This document shows, in pieces, positions 1 to 8,605 of a stretch of DNA of 64,000 nt. Numbering within the stretch: the first letter of the stretch is position 1; the number at the start of each line of letters is the position of its first letter. The stretch spans positions 615,695-679,694 of the forward strand of contig CAVWKZ010000008.1 of the NCBI GenBank assembly GCA_963755765.1. Reading direction: 5' to 3'. The notes beneath the pieces are model-generated. The model had not been told where the DNA came from and made no database searches. It saw nothing but the letters and a program-made list of their open reading frames with translations. This DNA is from an uncultured Acidobacteriaceae bacterium. Lineage in GTDB: Bacteria; Acidobacteriota; Terriglobia; Terriglobales; Acidobacteriaceae. The position numbers were made by a program, and so were the translations under genes.

Positions 1-1
1 G

Positions 2-241
2 GAGATCATGCGCTGCTCAAAAGAAATCGAAAACTACCAGCTCACAGTCGATCTCGAAGCGTTGCGAGTGGAAGACGGCCAGGGATTTGCCGCGGCCTTC
101 GCGATGGATGAATTCTCCCGGCATTGCCTGCTCAACGGATTGGACGATATCGGACTGACCCTGCAACGCGAATCGAAGATCGCGGCCTATGAAGCAAACC
201 ATCCGGTGCGCGCGGAGATGAAGACAATTCTGGCCGTTTGA
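2..241 (+). CDS. leuD: 3-isopropylmalate dehydratase small subunit, C-terminal fragment (5' end off window)
   Basis: The frame is open to the window edge. The C-terminus ...FAMDEFSRHCLLNGLDDIGLTLQRESKIAAYE matches the remembered LeuD C-terminal motif (F..HC..NGLD.IGLTLQ....I..YE). Confidence 0.8.
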   Translation, partial: EIMRCSKEIENYQLTVDLEALRVEDGQGFAAAFAMDEFSRHCLLNGLDDIGLTLQRESKIAAYEANHPVRAEMKTILAV

Positions 242-345
242 TCCGGCGGTGAAGTGACGCTTGGCAACTAATCGTTCCTGACGCAAATCGCCTTCCCGTT
301 GTACACTTTTGAGTTTCACTGCCAGCCCGTCTTGGGTCACATCTC

Positions 346-2652
346 ATGCTGAATCGGAGTCCGTTCGTGAAAAAAGTTCTTCTCGTTTTCGCTCTTAACG
401 TGTCGGTGTTGCTTTTCGCAGCGAGCGCCCAAACTGGCACCTCGCCCGCCGCACCGAAGCAGCTCACGATCGAGCAGATCTTCGCCGAAGGAGGAGTCAC
501 CGGACGCGCCCCGGAAACGATCGAATGGAGTCCCGACTGCACCAAAGTGTCTTTCGTACAGCGCGATGACGAAGGCGAGCACGGCGAACTCTGGTATGTG
601 GACGCAGCGACGGGCGAGAAGAAATTATTAGCCAGCGAAAACAAGCTATCGCAGCTTGCCCCTTCCACCAGCAAGATCAAGGACGAGCGCGAGAAAGAGC
701 GCGTGACCCGGTACCACGTCGCCGCCTACATCTGGTCGCCCGACTCCAAACATCTCCTCTTCGATTCGCAGGGACAGCTCTGGTATTACAGCCTCGACAC
801 GGGAACGGCGGTGCAGCTCACCTCTTCTCCCGACCCCAGCGAAGACCCCAAGTTTTCCCCAGACGGCAAGCGGCTCACGTATGTGCGCAAGCACAATCTT
901 TATGTGCATCCGGTATCGGGTGAGGAAGGCGAACGACCGCTCACCCGCGAGGAAAAAGAGAAAGATAAAGATAAAGACAGGGATAGAGATAGTGATAAGG
1001 AAAAAGACGACAACATCCTGAATGGCGAGGTGGACTGGGTTTACGCCGAAGAACTGGCCGTGCGCAGCAACTACTTCTGGTCGCCCGAAGGACACGAAAT
1101 TATCTTTCTGCAAATGGATGAGACCCGGGTGCCGACCTATCCCATCACCGACTGGCTGCCCACGCATCCCAGGGTCGAGCAGGAAAAATACCCGAAGGCG
1201 GGCGATCCCAATCCCAGCGTGCGCCTGGGAGTGGTGAGCGGCAACGGAGGCAAGGTTCGGTGGCTCAAGCTCACCGACGATGACGACACCTATGTGCCGC
1301 GCTTCGGCTGGATTCGCGAAGGCTGGGCCTGGGCGGAAGTCCTGAATCGCAAGCAGGACGTGATGGACCTTTATTTTATTGACGCGAAGTCGGGCAGGTC
1401 TCGCAAAGTGCTCACCGAGTCGGCCCCGGACGCTTGGGTCAACGTCAACGACGATTTCCGCATCCTGAAATCCGGCGACCGCTTTCTGTGGACCAGTTGG
1501 CGCGACGGCCACACCCACATTTATCTCTACAGCTTCAACGCGGCCGATCCGCTCTCTGCCGACGCCAAACTCGAACGCCAACTCGAAAGCGGAGACTATG
1601 AAGTCATCGCGATCAGCGGCGTGGATGAAGCATCAAGCACAGTTTTCTTTACCGCTAACAAAGGAGATCCGAGGCAGGAGAAACTTTTTTCCGTCAAGCT
1701 TGATGGCTCGGGAATGCAGACTATTTCGGCGGACGATGGGAATTATGCTACGAGCTTCTCAGTCGACGCCAAGCATTTTGTGGAAACCCATTCTGCGACG
1801 CTGATGCCGCCACGCATTTCGGTGTGCGCGCCAGGGGGCGCGTGCCAGAAAATCTGGGAAAGTCGCAGCGTAGCCGATTATGACCCGATTGCCCCAAGGA
1901 TGTTGGAATTCAAAGCTGATGACGGCACGGTGTTGTATGGCTATGTTATTCTGCCGCGCAATGCGGACCCCGCTCAGAAAATTCCGCTCCTCGTGCACAT
2001 CTATGGCGGTCCGGCGGGGCAGACCGTGCGGGATGCTTGGGGTGGAACAAATGAGCTCTTCCACCAGATTCTGGCGAATGAAGGATTCGCGACTTTCTCA
2101 GTCGACAATCGCGGAACTCCGAATCGCGGAAAGAAATTCTCGGCCGCGATTCGCGGACAGTCGGGTCCGATCGAATTGAAAGACCAGCTCACTGCGCTCG
2201 ACCAGTTGTATGCCCAGTTTCCGCAGCTCGACCCCACGCGTACCGCGATGTGGGGATGGTCGAACGGCGGCTCGATGACGCTGTACGCGCTGACTCACTC
2301 TGACCGCTTCAAGGCGGGAATCTCGGTCGCTCCGGTAACCAGTTGGCGCAATTACGACTCGATTTATACCGAGCGTTACATGGGCTTGCTGAAGGATAAT
2401 TCCAGCGCCTACGACGATTCCATCGTCAGCGCGGCCAGTAGTCTGCACGGCTCCTTACTGCTCGTGCACGGCACCAGCGACGACAATGTTCATTTTCAAA
2501 ATACAATCCAGATGACCGACGCCCTGATCCGGTCGGGAAAGCAGTTTCGCCTGATGGTTTATCCAGACAAGACACACGGCATTGCGGGATCGGGTACGCG
2601 CACCCAGTTGTTCCACATGATGGAAGATTTCTGGAACAAGGAATTGAAGTAG
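346..2652 (+). CDS. S9 family dipeptidyl-peptidase IV-like serine peptidase, secreted
   Basis: 768-aa ORF with an N-terminal signal-like hydrophobic segment (VLLVFALNVSVLLFAASAQT). The long N-terminal half is propeller-like. The C-terminal alpha/beta hydrolase has the GWSNGG nucleophile elbow and later VHGTSDDNV and DKTHGI (Asp/His). Confidence 0.9.
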   Translation: MLNRSPFVKKVLLVFALNVSVLLFAASAQTGTSPAAPKQLTIEQIFAEGGVTGRAPETIEWSPDCTKVSFVQRDDEGEHGELWYVDAATGEKKLLASENKLSQLAPSTSKIKDEREKERVTRYHVAAYIWSPDSKHLLFDSQGQLWYYSLDTGTAVQLTSSPDPSEDPKFSPDGKRLTYVRKHNLYVHPVSGEEGERPLTREEKEKDKDKDRDRDSDKEKDDNILNGEVDWVYAEELAVRSNYFWSPEGHEIIFLQMDETRVPTYPITDWLPTHPRVEQEKYPKAGDPNPSVRLGVVSGNGGKVRWLKLTDDDDTYVPRFGWIREGWAWAEVLNRKQDVMDLYFIDAKSGRSRKVLTESAPDAWVNVNDDFRILKSGDRFLWTSWRDGHTHIYLYSFNAADPLSADAKLERQLESGDYEVIAISGVDEASSTVFFTANKGDPRQEKLFSVKLDGSGMQTISADDGNYATSFSVDAKHFVETHSATLMPPRISVCAPGGACQKIWESRSVADYDPIAPRMLEFKADDGTVLYGYVILPRNADPAQKIPLLVHIYGGPAGQTVRDAWGGTNELFHQILANEGFATFSVDNRGTPNRGKKFSAAIRGQSGPIELKDQLTALDQLYAQFPQLDPTRTAMWGWSNGGSMTLYALTHSDRFKAGISVAPVTSWRNYDSIYTERYMGLLKDNSSAYDDSIVSAASSLHGSLLLVHGTSDDNVHFQNTIQMTDALIRSGKQFRLMVYPDKTHGIAGSGTRTQLFHMMEDFWNKELK

Positions 2653-2740
2653 CATTCAGCAGTCAGCACTCAGCATTCAGACAAGAGAATTGCCTGTAGT
2701 GCAAACGAAAACTGAGTGCTAACTGCTGAATGCTGAGTGC
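2652..2740. repeat. Intergenic imperfect inverted repeat (about 22-bp arms) built from the words cagcactcag/cattcag
   Basis: Left arm gcattcagcagtcagcactcag. The right arm ctgagtgctaactgctgaatgc is its reverse complement with one mismatch. It lies between the peptidase stop and the next start, so it probably acts as a terminator or stabiliser hairpin. Confidence 0.75.
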
Positions 2741-2746
2741 TTCTTT

Positions 2747-3586
2747 ATGCATCGCACAACTCTCGGCGATTTCGAACTAACAGTAGTCTCCGATGGAACC
2801 TACTTCCTCGACGGCGGAGCTTTCTTCGGCGTCATCCCGAAAACCATGTGGTCGAAAAAGGTGACGCCTGACGAGCAGAACCGCCTCAACGTGGGACTGA
2901 ATTCGCTGCTAGTTCGCACCGGCAAGAAAAATATCCTGATCGAGACCGGAATCGGCAACAAGCTGCCAGAAAAACTGGTGCAGATCTACAAACAGCCCGC
3001 CAAGTTGCTCGACAATCTCCACGCCGCCGACCTTGCGCCCGAAGACATCGACATCGTCATTAACACCCACCTGCATTTCGACCATTGCGGATGGAACACG
3101 GTGCGGCGCGATGGCAAGACTGTCCCAACTTTTCCGCGCGCGAAATATTATGCGCCCGAAGGCGAATGGCAATACGCGCGCCATCCCAGTGAACGCGATG
3201 CCATCAGCTTCATGCCCGACAACTACGATCCGCTCGTGCAAAGCGGCCAGATGACGTTGCTCAAAGGTGGCGAGGAAATTGTCCCCGGCATCTCGGTGAA
3301 AACCTTCTCCGGCCACACCGCCCACATGCAAGCCGTGATCGTCGAGAGTGGAGGCCGCACCGCCTGCTACATCTCCGACCTAATCCCCACCGCCGCCCAC
3401 ATCGCCATCACCTGGGGCATGAGTTTCGACCTCTATCCTCTGCAAACCATCGAGAGCCGCAAGAAGTATTACGCGCAGGCGATTCCGGAGAAGTGGCTGA
3501 CCGTTTTCACGCACGACCACCAGACACCGTGGGGCTATGTGGAACGCGACGAGCGGGGAAGGCTCGCATTAAGGTCACTCGTATAA
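2747..3586 (+). CDS. MBL-fold metallo-hydrolase
   Basis: 279 aa with the HxHxDH zinc motif (NTHLHFDHCGWN) and a later SGHTAHM histidine. Confidence 0.85.
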   Translation: MHRTTLGDFELTVVSDGTYFLDGGAFFGVIPKTMWSKKVTPDEQNRLNVGLNSLLVRTGKKNILIETGIGNKLPEKLVQIYKQPAKLLDNLHAADLAPEDIDIVINTHLHFDHCGWNTVRRDGKTVPTFPRAKYYAPEGEWQYARHPSERDAISFMPDNYDPLVQSGQMTLLKGGEEIVPGISVKTFSGHTAHMQAVIVESGGRTACYISDLIPTAAHIAITWGMSFDLYPLQTIESRKKYYAQAIPEKWLTVFTHDHQTPWGYVERDERGRLALRSLV

Positions 3587-3608
3587 GGACATCCGCCCTC
3601 GGCCGTCC

Positions 3609-4676
3609 CTACGTGGCCTGCACTGGTAGTTTCGCCTCAAAAAACTCTTCCACCCGCCCCAATATCTCTGGTCCGCTCTTAGCTTCGTAGATCGCCTTCC
3701 GCAGCGCCGCCCCTCCCGGAACACCGTGCGTGAACCACGACGCGAACTGCTTCATCTTGCCTTCGGCTCCGGGCATTTCTTCTCCCAGCAGCATCGCGAA
3801 ATAAGTCCGGATCATCTGGTAGCGATCAGCTTCGGTGGGCTCGTCATAGTTGCCCCGGCTAACATATTGCCCAATCTGCCGGAAGATCCACGGATTCGCC
3901 GGCGCCATCCGGCCAATCATCACAGCGTCGCACCCGGTCCGCGCAACGATGGCGCAAGCGTCTTCAGGCGACCTGATGTCGCCATTGCCAATCACGGGAA
4001 TCTTGACTGCCTGCTTCACCGAGGCAATCCATTCCCAGCGCGCGTTGCCGCTATAGCCTTGCTCGCGCGTGCGGGCATGTAGTGCAACCGCTGCCAGGCC
4101 GCAGCTCTCGGCCATGCGCGCCAGTTCGACACATACGATTTCGTCGTCGTTCCACCCCGCGCGAAACTTAACTGTGAACGGAATCTTCACCGCCGCGCGC
4201 ACCGCTTCGAAAATTTGCCGGATCAGTGGCAGGTCGCGCAGCAGTCCGGAGCCGCCGTTGCACTTCACCACTTTCTTCGCCGGACAGCCCAGGTTCAGGT
4301 CAACAATGTCGAAGCCGAGATCCTCTACCAGCCGCGCAGCATCGGCCAGCACCCTAGGACTGCTCCCGAAGAGCTGAGCCGAAATCGGGTGCTCGTCTTC
4401 ATAGAAATGAAGGTATCGCCCACGCACCCGCTCATCGCGCAGTACGCCGTCCGCCGAGGTGAACTCGGTCATGATCAGCCCGCATCCCCCAAGGTTCTTG
4501 ATAAAGCGGCGAAAGACGGTGTCGGTAACGCCAGCCATGGGGGCCAGCACGGTAGCGGGAGCGATGCGGACGCCGCCGATCGCGAAGGAACTGGGAAAGG
4601 CGCGCGCGGCCGTTTGGCCAGCCTGCCCGAGGGCCGGAGCGTCAGCGCCGCGCGGATTGTCCCAGAACTTCTGCAC
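3609..4676 (-). CDS. dus: tRNA-dihydrouridine synthase
   Basis: 355 aa with Dus family motifs: LAPMAGVTD, DLNLGCPAKKV and the TVKFRAGW TIM-barrel pattern. Confidence 0.9.
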   Translation of the reverse strand: MQKFWDNPRGADAPALGQAGQTAARAFPSSFAIGGVRIAPATVLAPMAGVTDTVFRRFIKNLGGCGLIMTEFTSADGVLRDERVRGRYLHFYEDEHPISAQLFGSSPRVLADAARLVEDLGFDIVDLNLGCPAKKVVKCNGGSGLLRDLPLIRQIFEAVRAAVKIPFTVKFRAGWNDDEIVCVELARMAESCGLAAVALHARTREQGYSGNARWEWIASVKQAVKIPVIGNGDIRSPEDACAIVARTGCDAVMIGRMAPANPWIFRQIGQYVSRGNYDEPTEADRYQMIRTYFAMLLGEEMPGAEGKMKQFASWFTHGVPGGAALRKAIYEAKSGPEILGRVEEFFEAKLPVQAT

Positions 4677-4783
4677 AATCTGATTTTACGTGGTTTTAGC
4701 GGCGAAGACCTGGTAAAGCTGGACGGGGCCAAAAGTAAAGCCTCCCGCACGAGAGGCTTTTAAGAATGCCCGTTTCTCGGGAA

Positions 4784-5032
4784 TTACTTCTTCGCAGCCT
4801 CTGCCTTTGCGGCTTCGGCTTTCCCGGCATCGCTCTTGGCGTATTTACGGCGGAAGCGCTCGACGCGGCCAGCGGTGTCCATAAGCTTCTGCTTGCCGGT
4901 AAAGAAAGGATGGCAGGCGGAGCATATTTCCACGCTGATGTCGCCCTTGTGGGCGGAGCGGGTGACAAATGCGTTGCCGCAAGCGCAATGTACTCGAATC
5001 TCGCTGTAGTTGGGATGGATAGCTGCTTTCAT
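4784..5032 (-). CDS. rpmE: 50S ribosomal protein L31 (Zn-binding type A) with Ala/Lys-rich C-terminal tail
   Basis: MKAAIHPNY...CACGN...[26 protein letters not shown] is the canonical L31 sequence. The tail [18 protein letters not shown] is extra. Confidence 0.95.
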   Translation of the reverse strand: MKAAIHPNYSEIRVHCACGNAFVTRSAHKGDISVEICSACHPFFTGKQKLMDTAGRVERFRRKYAKSDAGKAEAAKAEAAKK

Positions 5033-5179
5033 GTCGGTTCCTAAATCCTCGATTCAGACATTTGATTTTACCGGAGTTAGGAAGGATTCAGCAAGCCAGT
5101 TGCCAGGTTTCAGCGGTTAGGTCTCGGGAAAGCCTTCGCTCCGAAACGCTGAGACCTGAGACCTGGCACCTGAGACCTG

Positions 5180-5210
5180 AAAAAAAACGGCAGGACCGAC
5201 CCCCTGCCGT
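5180..5210 (-). terminator. Rho-independent terminator downstream of hup
   Basis: On the minus strand: cggcagg, an 8-nt loop, cctgccg, then a run of 8 T. It starts 31 nt after the hup stop. Confidence 0.7.
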
Positions 5211-5240
5211 CTCGCTCGTATCCAAGAATTCTGGGGCCCC

Positions 5241-5522
5241 TTACTTACCTTTATTGACCACTTTCTTCAGTTCGTTCCCGGGAGTAAATTTGGCGACTCT
5301 ACGGGCCGCTATCTTGATGGTGGCACCCGTCTGAGGGTTTCGGCCATTGCGGGCCTTGCGTTGTGAGACGGAGAATGTGCCGAATCCAATCAAAGCTACT
5401 CGGTCTCCTTTTCTAAGGGCAGCGGTAACGCTGTCCACGGTGGTGTCGATCGCGGTCGTCGCCTGCGCCTTTGATATGTTGCAGGCTCCGGCGATCCGGT
5501 CAACCAGATCAGCTTTATTCAT
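5241..5522 (-). CDS. hup: HU family DNA-binding protein
   Basis: The 93-aa core MNKADLVDRIA...GFGTFSVSQRKARNGRNPQTGATIKI is typical HU/IHF. I trimmed the 211-aa ORF to the internal ATG at 5522, because the upstream extension has no HU similarity. Confidence 0.9.
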   Translation of the reverse strand: MNKADLVDRIAGACNISKAQATTAIDTTVDSVTAALRKGDRVALIGFGTFSVSQRKARNGRNPQTGATIKIAARRVAKFTPGNELKKVVNKGK

Positions 5523-5604
5523 GCTCTCTCCTGACACTAGTCGTTTCGGTTCCCGCGCATTCAGCCGGGGAGGAAAGCCCAAAGCGCGAGCACCGGCGAT
5601 GGCC

Positions 5605-5632
5605 ATTCTCGCCCATGTTAAGGGATTGTCAA
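5605..5632 (-). promoter_or_regulatory. Candidate sigma-70 promoter for hup
   Basis: On the minus strand: TTGACA, a 16-nt spacer, then GAGAAT. It lies roughly 80 nt upstream of the hup ATG. Confidence 0.4.
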
Positions 5633-5934
5633 TGGGAAACACGTGCCAGTTGCCGGTTTTGACACCTTGCGTGCCCCGCTCTGTGTAGTGATTGGAGAAT
5701 GAGTCGAAAGTGCTAAGTAACGTGCTAAGGGCTTCTTGGTCGCGAACGAGAAGGGTGTGAGTTGACTCGTGCCGTAAGCTGTCGAAAATGGTCCGCGCTT
5801 TAGCGCCCGAGGTAAGCCTTCTGCACCGTTCTCCACAACTAGCTCCTCCTCTCCACAGGATGTACACAGAGAGCAACCGCTTTCGAGTTGCAGCCCAAGC
5901 CGTTCAAGGTGCACAGTCTAATTACACGAGATTT

Positions 5935-6705
5935 ATGAAGACAGCAGCTGAAGTTTGCCCCTGGTGCGCGGGTTCAGGATGGAAGCCGGTTCCCGAAGCG
6001 CCGGAGCGAGGCGTAACGCGTTGCGATTGTCAGTTGCGGGCGCGCGGCAGCGCCATGATCACGGCGGCGCGTATTCCCAAGCGATACGAGCATTGCGAGC
6101 TGTCGAACTTCACCACCGATTTTCCCGGCGCCGATCGTTCGGTGGAGCTGGCCCAGATCAGCGCCGCGCGCTTCGTGCAGGAGTTTGACCCGCGAGACGG
6201 AGCCGGCCTGCTGCTGGTCGGAGGAATCGGCACCGGCAAGACCCATCTCGCTGTGGGCATTCTCAAGGAACTTATCGCCACCCGAGGCAGCGCCTGCCTT
6301 TTTTGCGATTATCGCGAGCTGCTGAAACAGATTCAGAACTCATACAACGATTCCGTCCAGGCGACCGAATTACAAGTGTTGCGGCCAGTGTTTGAAGCCG
6401 AAGTGCTGTTGCTCGATGAACTCGGCGCCGTGAAACCAAGCGAGTGGGTATGGGACACAGTCAGCCTCATCCTCAACACCCGCTACAACGACAATCGAAC
6501 CACGATCATCACCACGAATTTTGCGGACGAGCCGGCTGCCAGCGTAACTCGATCGTTGTCGCCGGCTCGTGCCGCCGCGCGCGAAGAGACCCTTGGCGAC
6601 CGCATCGGAGAACGCATGCGCTCCCGTCTGCAAGAGATGTGCCGCATTGTGAGGATGGACGGCCCCGACTTCCGCCAGAAGTTCAAGAGCGCAAGCTTCG
6701 GATGA
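5935..6705 (+). CDS. DnaC/DnaI/IstB-like AAA+ ATPase with N-terminal Cys-rich zinc-finger-like motif
   Basis: Walker A GGIGTGKTHL and Walker B LLLDELG, followed by TTIITTN. The N-terminus is CPWCAGSGW...TRCDC. I trimmed the start to the ATG at 5935. Confidence 0.75.
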   Translation: MKTAAEVCPWCAGSGWKPVPEAPERGVTRCDCQLRARGSAMITAARIPKRYEHCELSNFTTDFPGADRSVELAQISAARFVQEFDPRDGAGLLLVGGIGTGKTHLAVGILKELIATRGSACLFCDYRELLKQIQNSYNDSVQATELQVLRPVFEAEVLLLDELGAVKPSEWVWDTVSLILNTRYNDNRTTIITTNFADEPAASVTRSLSPARAAAREETLGDRIGERMRSRLQEMCRIVRMDGPDFRQKFKSASFG

Positions 6706-6726
6706 AGTCAGGGTTGTTCACCTCTA

Positions 6727-6752
6727 CAATCTGACCTCTAACCTCTGACCTC
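6727..6752. repeat. 26-nt repeat copy (caatctgacctctaacctctgacctc)
   Basis: Identical except for one base to 26081-26106. Confidence 0.85.
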
Positions 6753-6767
6753 TTCTACAATCGAACC

Positions 6768-7937
6768 GTGCTGACTGAGCGCATCGAGTTCCATCCGGAA
6801 GCCGACTCCAAAGTCTTCTCCGCTGTAGCCGACGCACCCGCCGTGTTCCTTCTGCGAGCTGAAGACGCGAACTCCGAACCGTACGTCAGCAAAACCGCCA
6901 ACCTGCGGCGACGCCTGCAGCGTTTACTTTCCCCTCCCGAGGAGCGTACCAAGCGCCTCAACCTGCGCAATCGCGTCCACTGGATCGAATACACGCTGAC
7001 CGGCTCCGACTTCGAATCGGGATTCATACTCTATCAAGTCCTGCGCACTGCCTTTCCCAGGACCTACGCGAATCGCCTGCGGTTGCGCTTCGCTCCGCTG
7101 GTCAAGTTGCATCTGGAAAACGAATTCCCTCGGGCGTCGATCACGACCCGGCTTGGACGAGCCTCCGGAAAGAACATTTACTACGGCCCGTTTGCCTCGC
7201 GCGTGTCAGCGGAAAAGTTCATGAACGACGTGCTCGACTTCTTCAAAATGCGCCGCTGCGTTAGAGACCTCCATCCCGATCCGAAATTTCCCGGCTGCGT
7301 TTATTCCGAGATGAAGATGTGTTTGGCCCCCTGCTTTCGCGGTTGCACCGATGACGAGTATCGCGCCGAAGTCGTGCGCGTGGAGGATTTTCTCGACTCA
7401 CGCGGCGAATCGCTAAAGCGCCAAATGTCGGCGGAGCGCGATGACGCTTCGGCGCGAATGGAATTTGAGACCGCTGCAGCCATCCACGCGCGACTCGACA
7501 AACTAACTCCCGTGCTGCAGCAACTGCCGGAATTCGTCCACCGGATTGATCAGTTGCACGCCGTAGTCGTTCAGAAGTCTATCCAAAAGCCAGAGCAGCC
7601 GGGAAGTGTTGCCTTATTCCGCGTTGACGGTGGCGCAATCGCGGGACCGCTGGAGTTTCCTATTTCCGACGCGGAGCACGCCAAATCTCAGTCAATGGAA
7701 GCCCGCATCCACGCCGCGCTGGCGGCGTTTCCCGCGGCCAAGCCGGCCAGCGCCATCGAGGGCATGGAGCACCTCGCAATCCTGAAGCGCTGGTGCTATC
7801 GCGGCTCCCGCAGCGGCGAAATCTTCTTCGCCGACACAAAAGGAGAGCTGCCAATGCGGCGCCTGGTGCGAGGAATCGGCCGAGTATACAAAGGCGAAGC
7901 GCCGGAAAGCGAGATCCCGAAGCCAATCAGTCCTTAA
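6768..7937 (+). CDS. UvrC N-terminal-half homologue (GIY-YIG-like plus UVR domain, no C-terminal endonuclease/HhH); Cho-like
   Basis: PAVFLLRAED..EPYVSKTANLRRRL aligns with UvrC GVYRM...IYVGKAKDLKKRL. YYGPFASRVSAEKFMNDVLDFFKMRRC aligns with YFGPFPN...IFPIRQC. MEFETAAAIHARLDKL is UVR-like. At 389 aa it ends before the RNase H-like/HhH half. Confidence 0.7.
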   Translation: MLTERIEFHPEADSKVFSAVADAPAVFLLRAEDANSEPYVSKTANLRRRLQRLLSPPEERTKRLNLRNRVHWIEYTLTGSDFESGFILYQVLRTAFPRTYANRLRLRFAPLVKLHLENEFPRASITTRLGRASGKNIYYGPFASRVSAEKFMNDVLDFFKMRRCVRDLHPDPKFPGCVYSEMKMCLAPCFRGCTDDEYRAEVVRVEDFLDSRGESLKRQMSAERDDASARMEFETAAAIHARLDKLTPVLQQLPEFVHRIDQLHAVVVQKSIQKPEQPGSVALFRVDGGAIAGPLEFPISDAEHAKSQSMEARIHAALAAFPAAKPASAIEGMEHLAILKRWCYRGSRSGEIFFADTKGELPMRRLVRGIGRVYKGEAPESEIPKPISP

Positions 7938-8003
7938 GCTCAGTGCGTTGGTTGTTCGCCAACGACCAACGACCAGCGACCAACGACATACAATGGAATC
8001 ACC

Positions 8004-8540
8004 ATGGCGAAGAAGACCAGAAAAACATCAACCAAGTCCAAATCGAGCAAGAAAGCGGCGGCGCGCCCGGCATCTTCCGATCAGCCTCTCCGCGACCACC
8101 TGCTCTACCTGCTGAAAGATGGTGGTGCACACGTCACCTTCGACGCCGCCCTGGGCGACTGGCCCGTGCAACTCGCCGGAGTCAAAGTCGCGAACTTCCC
8201 CCACACCGCCTGGATGCTGCTCGAACACATGCGCCTCGCCCAGTGGGACATCCTGGAATTCAGCCGCAACTCGAAGCACGTCTCACCGAAATGGCCCGAA
8301 GGATACTGGCCCGCATCGGAAGCGCCCCCGAACGAGAATGCGTGGATCGAAAGCATGGCCACCTTCAAAAAAGACCTGCGGACACTGGAGCGGCTCGTTG
8401 CCGACCCTAAAACCAACCTCTACGCTCGGATCCCATGGGGTGACGGGCAAACAATTTTGCGCGAAACATTGCTCGTGGCCGACCACAACGCATATCACCT
8501 CGGGCAACTCGTAATGCTGCGCAAGAGCATCGGGATTTAA
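8004..8540 (+). CDS. DinB family protein
   Basis: 178 aa. The helical-bundle His pattern ends in HNAYHLGQLVMLRK, which is typical of the DinB superfamily. The N-terminus is a lysine-rich tail. Confidence 0.75.
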   Translation: MAKKTRKTSTKSKSSKKAAARPASSDQPLRDHLLYLLKDGGAHVTFDAALGDWPVQLAGVKVANFPHTAWMLLEHMRLAQWDILEFSRNSKHVSPKWPEGYWPASEAPPNENAWIESMATFKKDLRTLERLVADPKTNLYARIPWGDGQTILRETLLVADHNAYHLGQLVMLRKSIGI

Positions 8541-8605
8541 GTTTTTTTCAAGAACCAAGAAAAGGTTTTTCTCGGCGCTTTCTGCGTCTCGGCGGTGAAT
8601 AAAGT

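Noticed and set aside
646-1581. Long antisense or alternative-frame ORFs inside well-supported genes. Examples: 646-1581(-), 15713-16537(+), 27364-28119(+), 34492-35226(-), 36057-37097(+), 48453-49718(-), 56945-58237(+), 60502-61863(-), 63001-63924(+).
   Set aside because: Their translations are Arg/Ala/Gly/Pro-rich with no motifs, as expected for shadow ORFs in high-GC DNA. Each fully overlaps a gene with clear family signatures on the other strand or frame.
2652-2740. Possibility that the word-like repeats (2652-2740, 5100-5180, 6718-6760, 7945-7990, 12163-12240, 26024-26106) are CRISPR arrays.
   Set aside because: There is no regular repeat-spacer periodicity. Each locus is a single inverted repeat or a short tandem word run, and no cas genes are present.
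5523-5876. N-terminal extensions given by the ORF track for hup (to 5876), mnmG (to 18968), cspA (to 15034), gltX (to 58321), the aldolase (from 34348), the DnaC-like gene (from 5788) and pmbA (from 12208).
   Set aside because: In each case a conserved family N-terminus begins at an internal ATG. The extension has no similarity to the family, and in some cases it simply translates a hairpin repeat.
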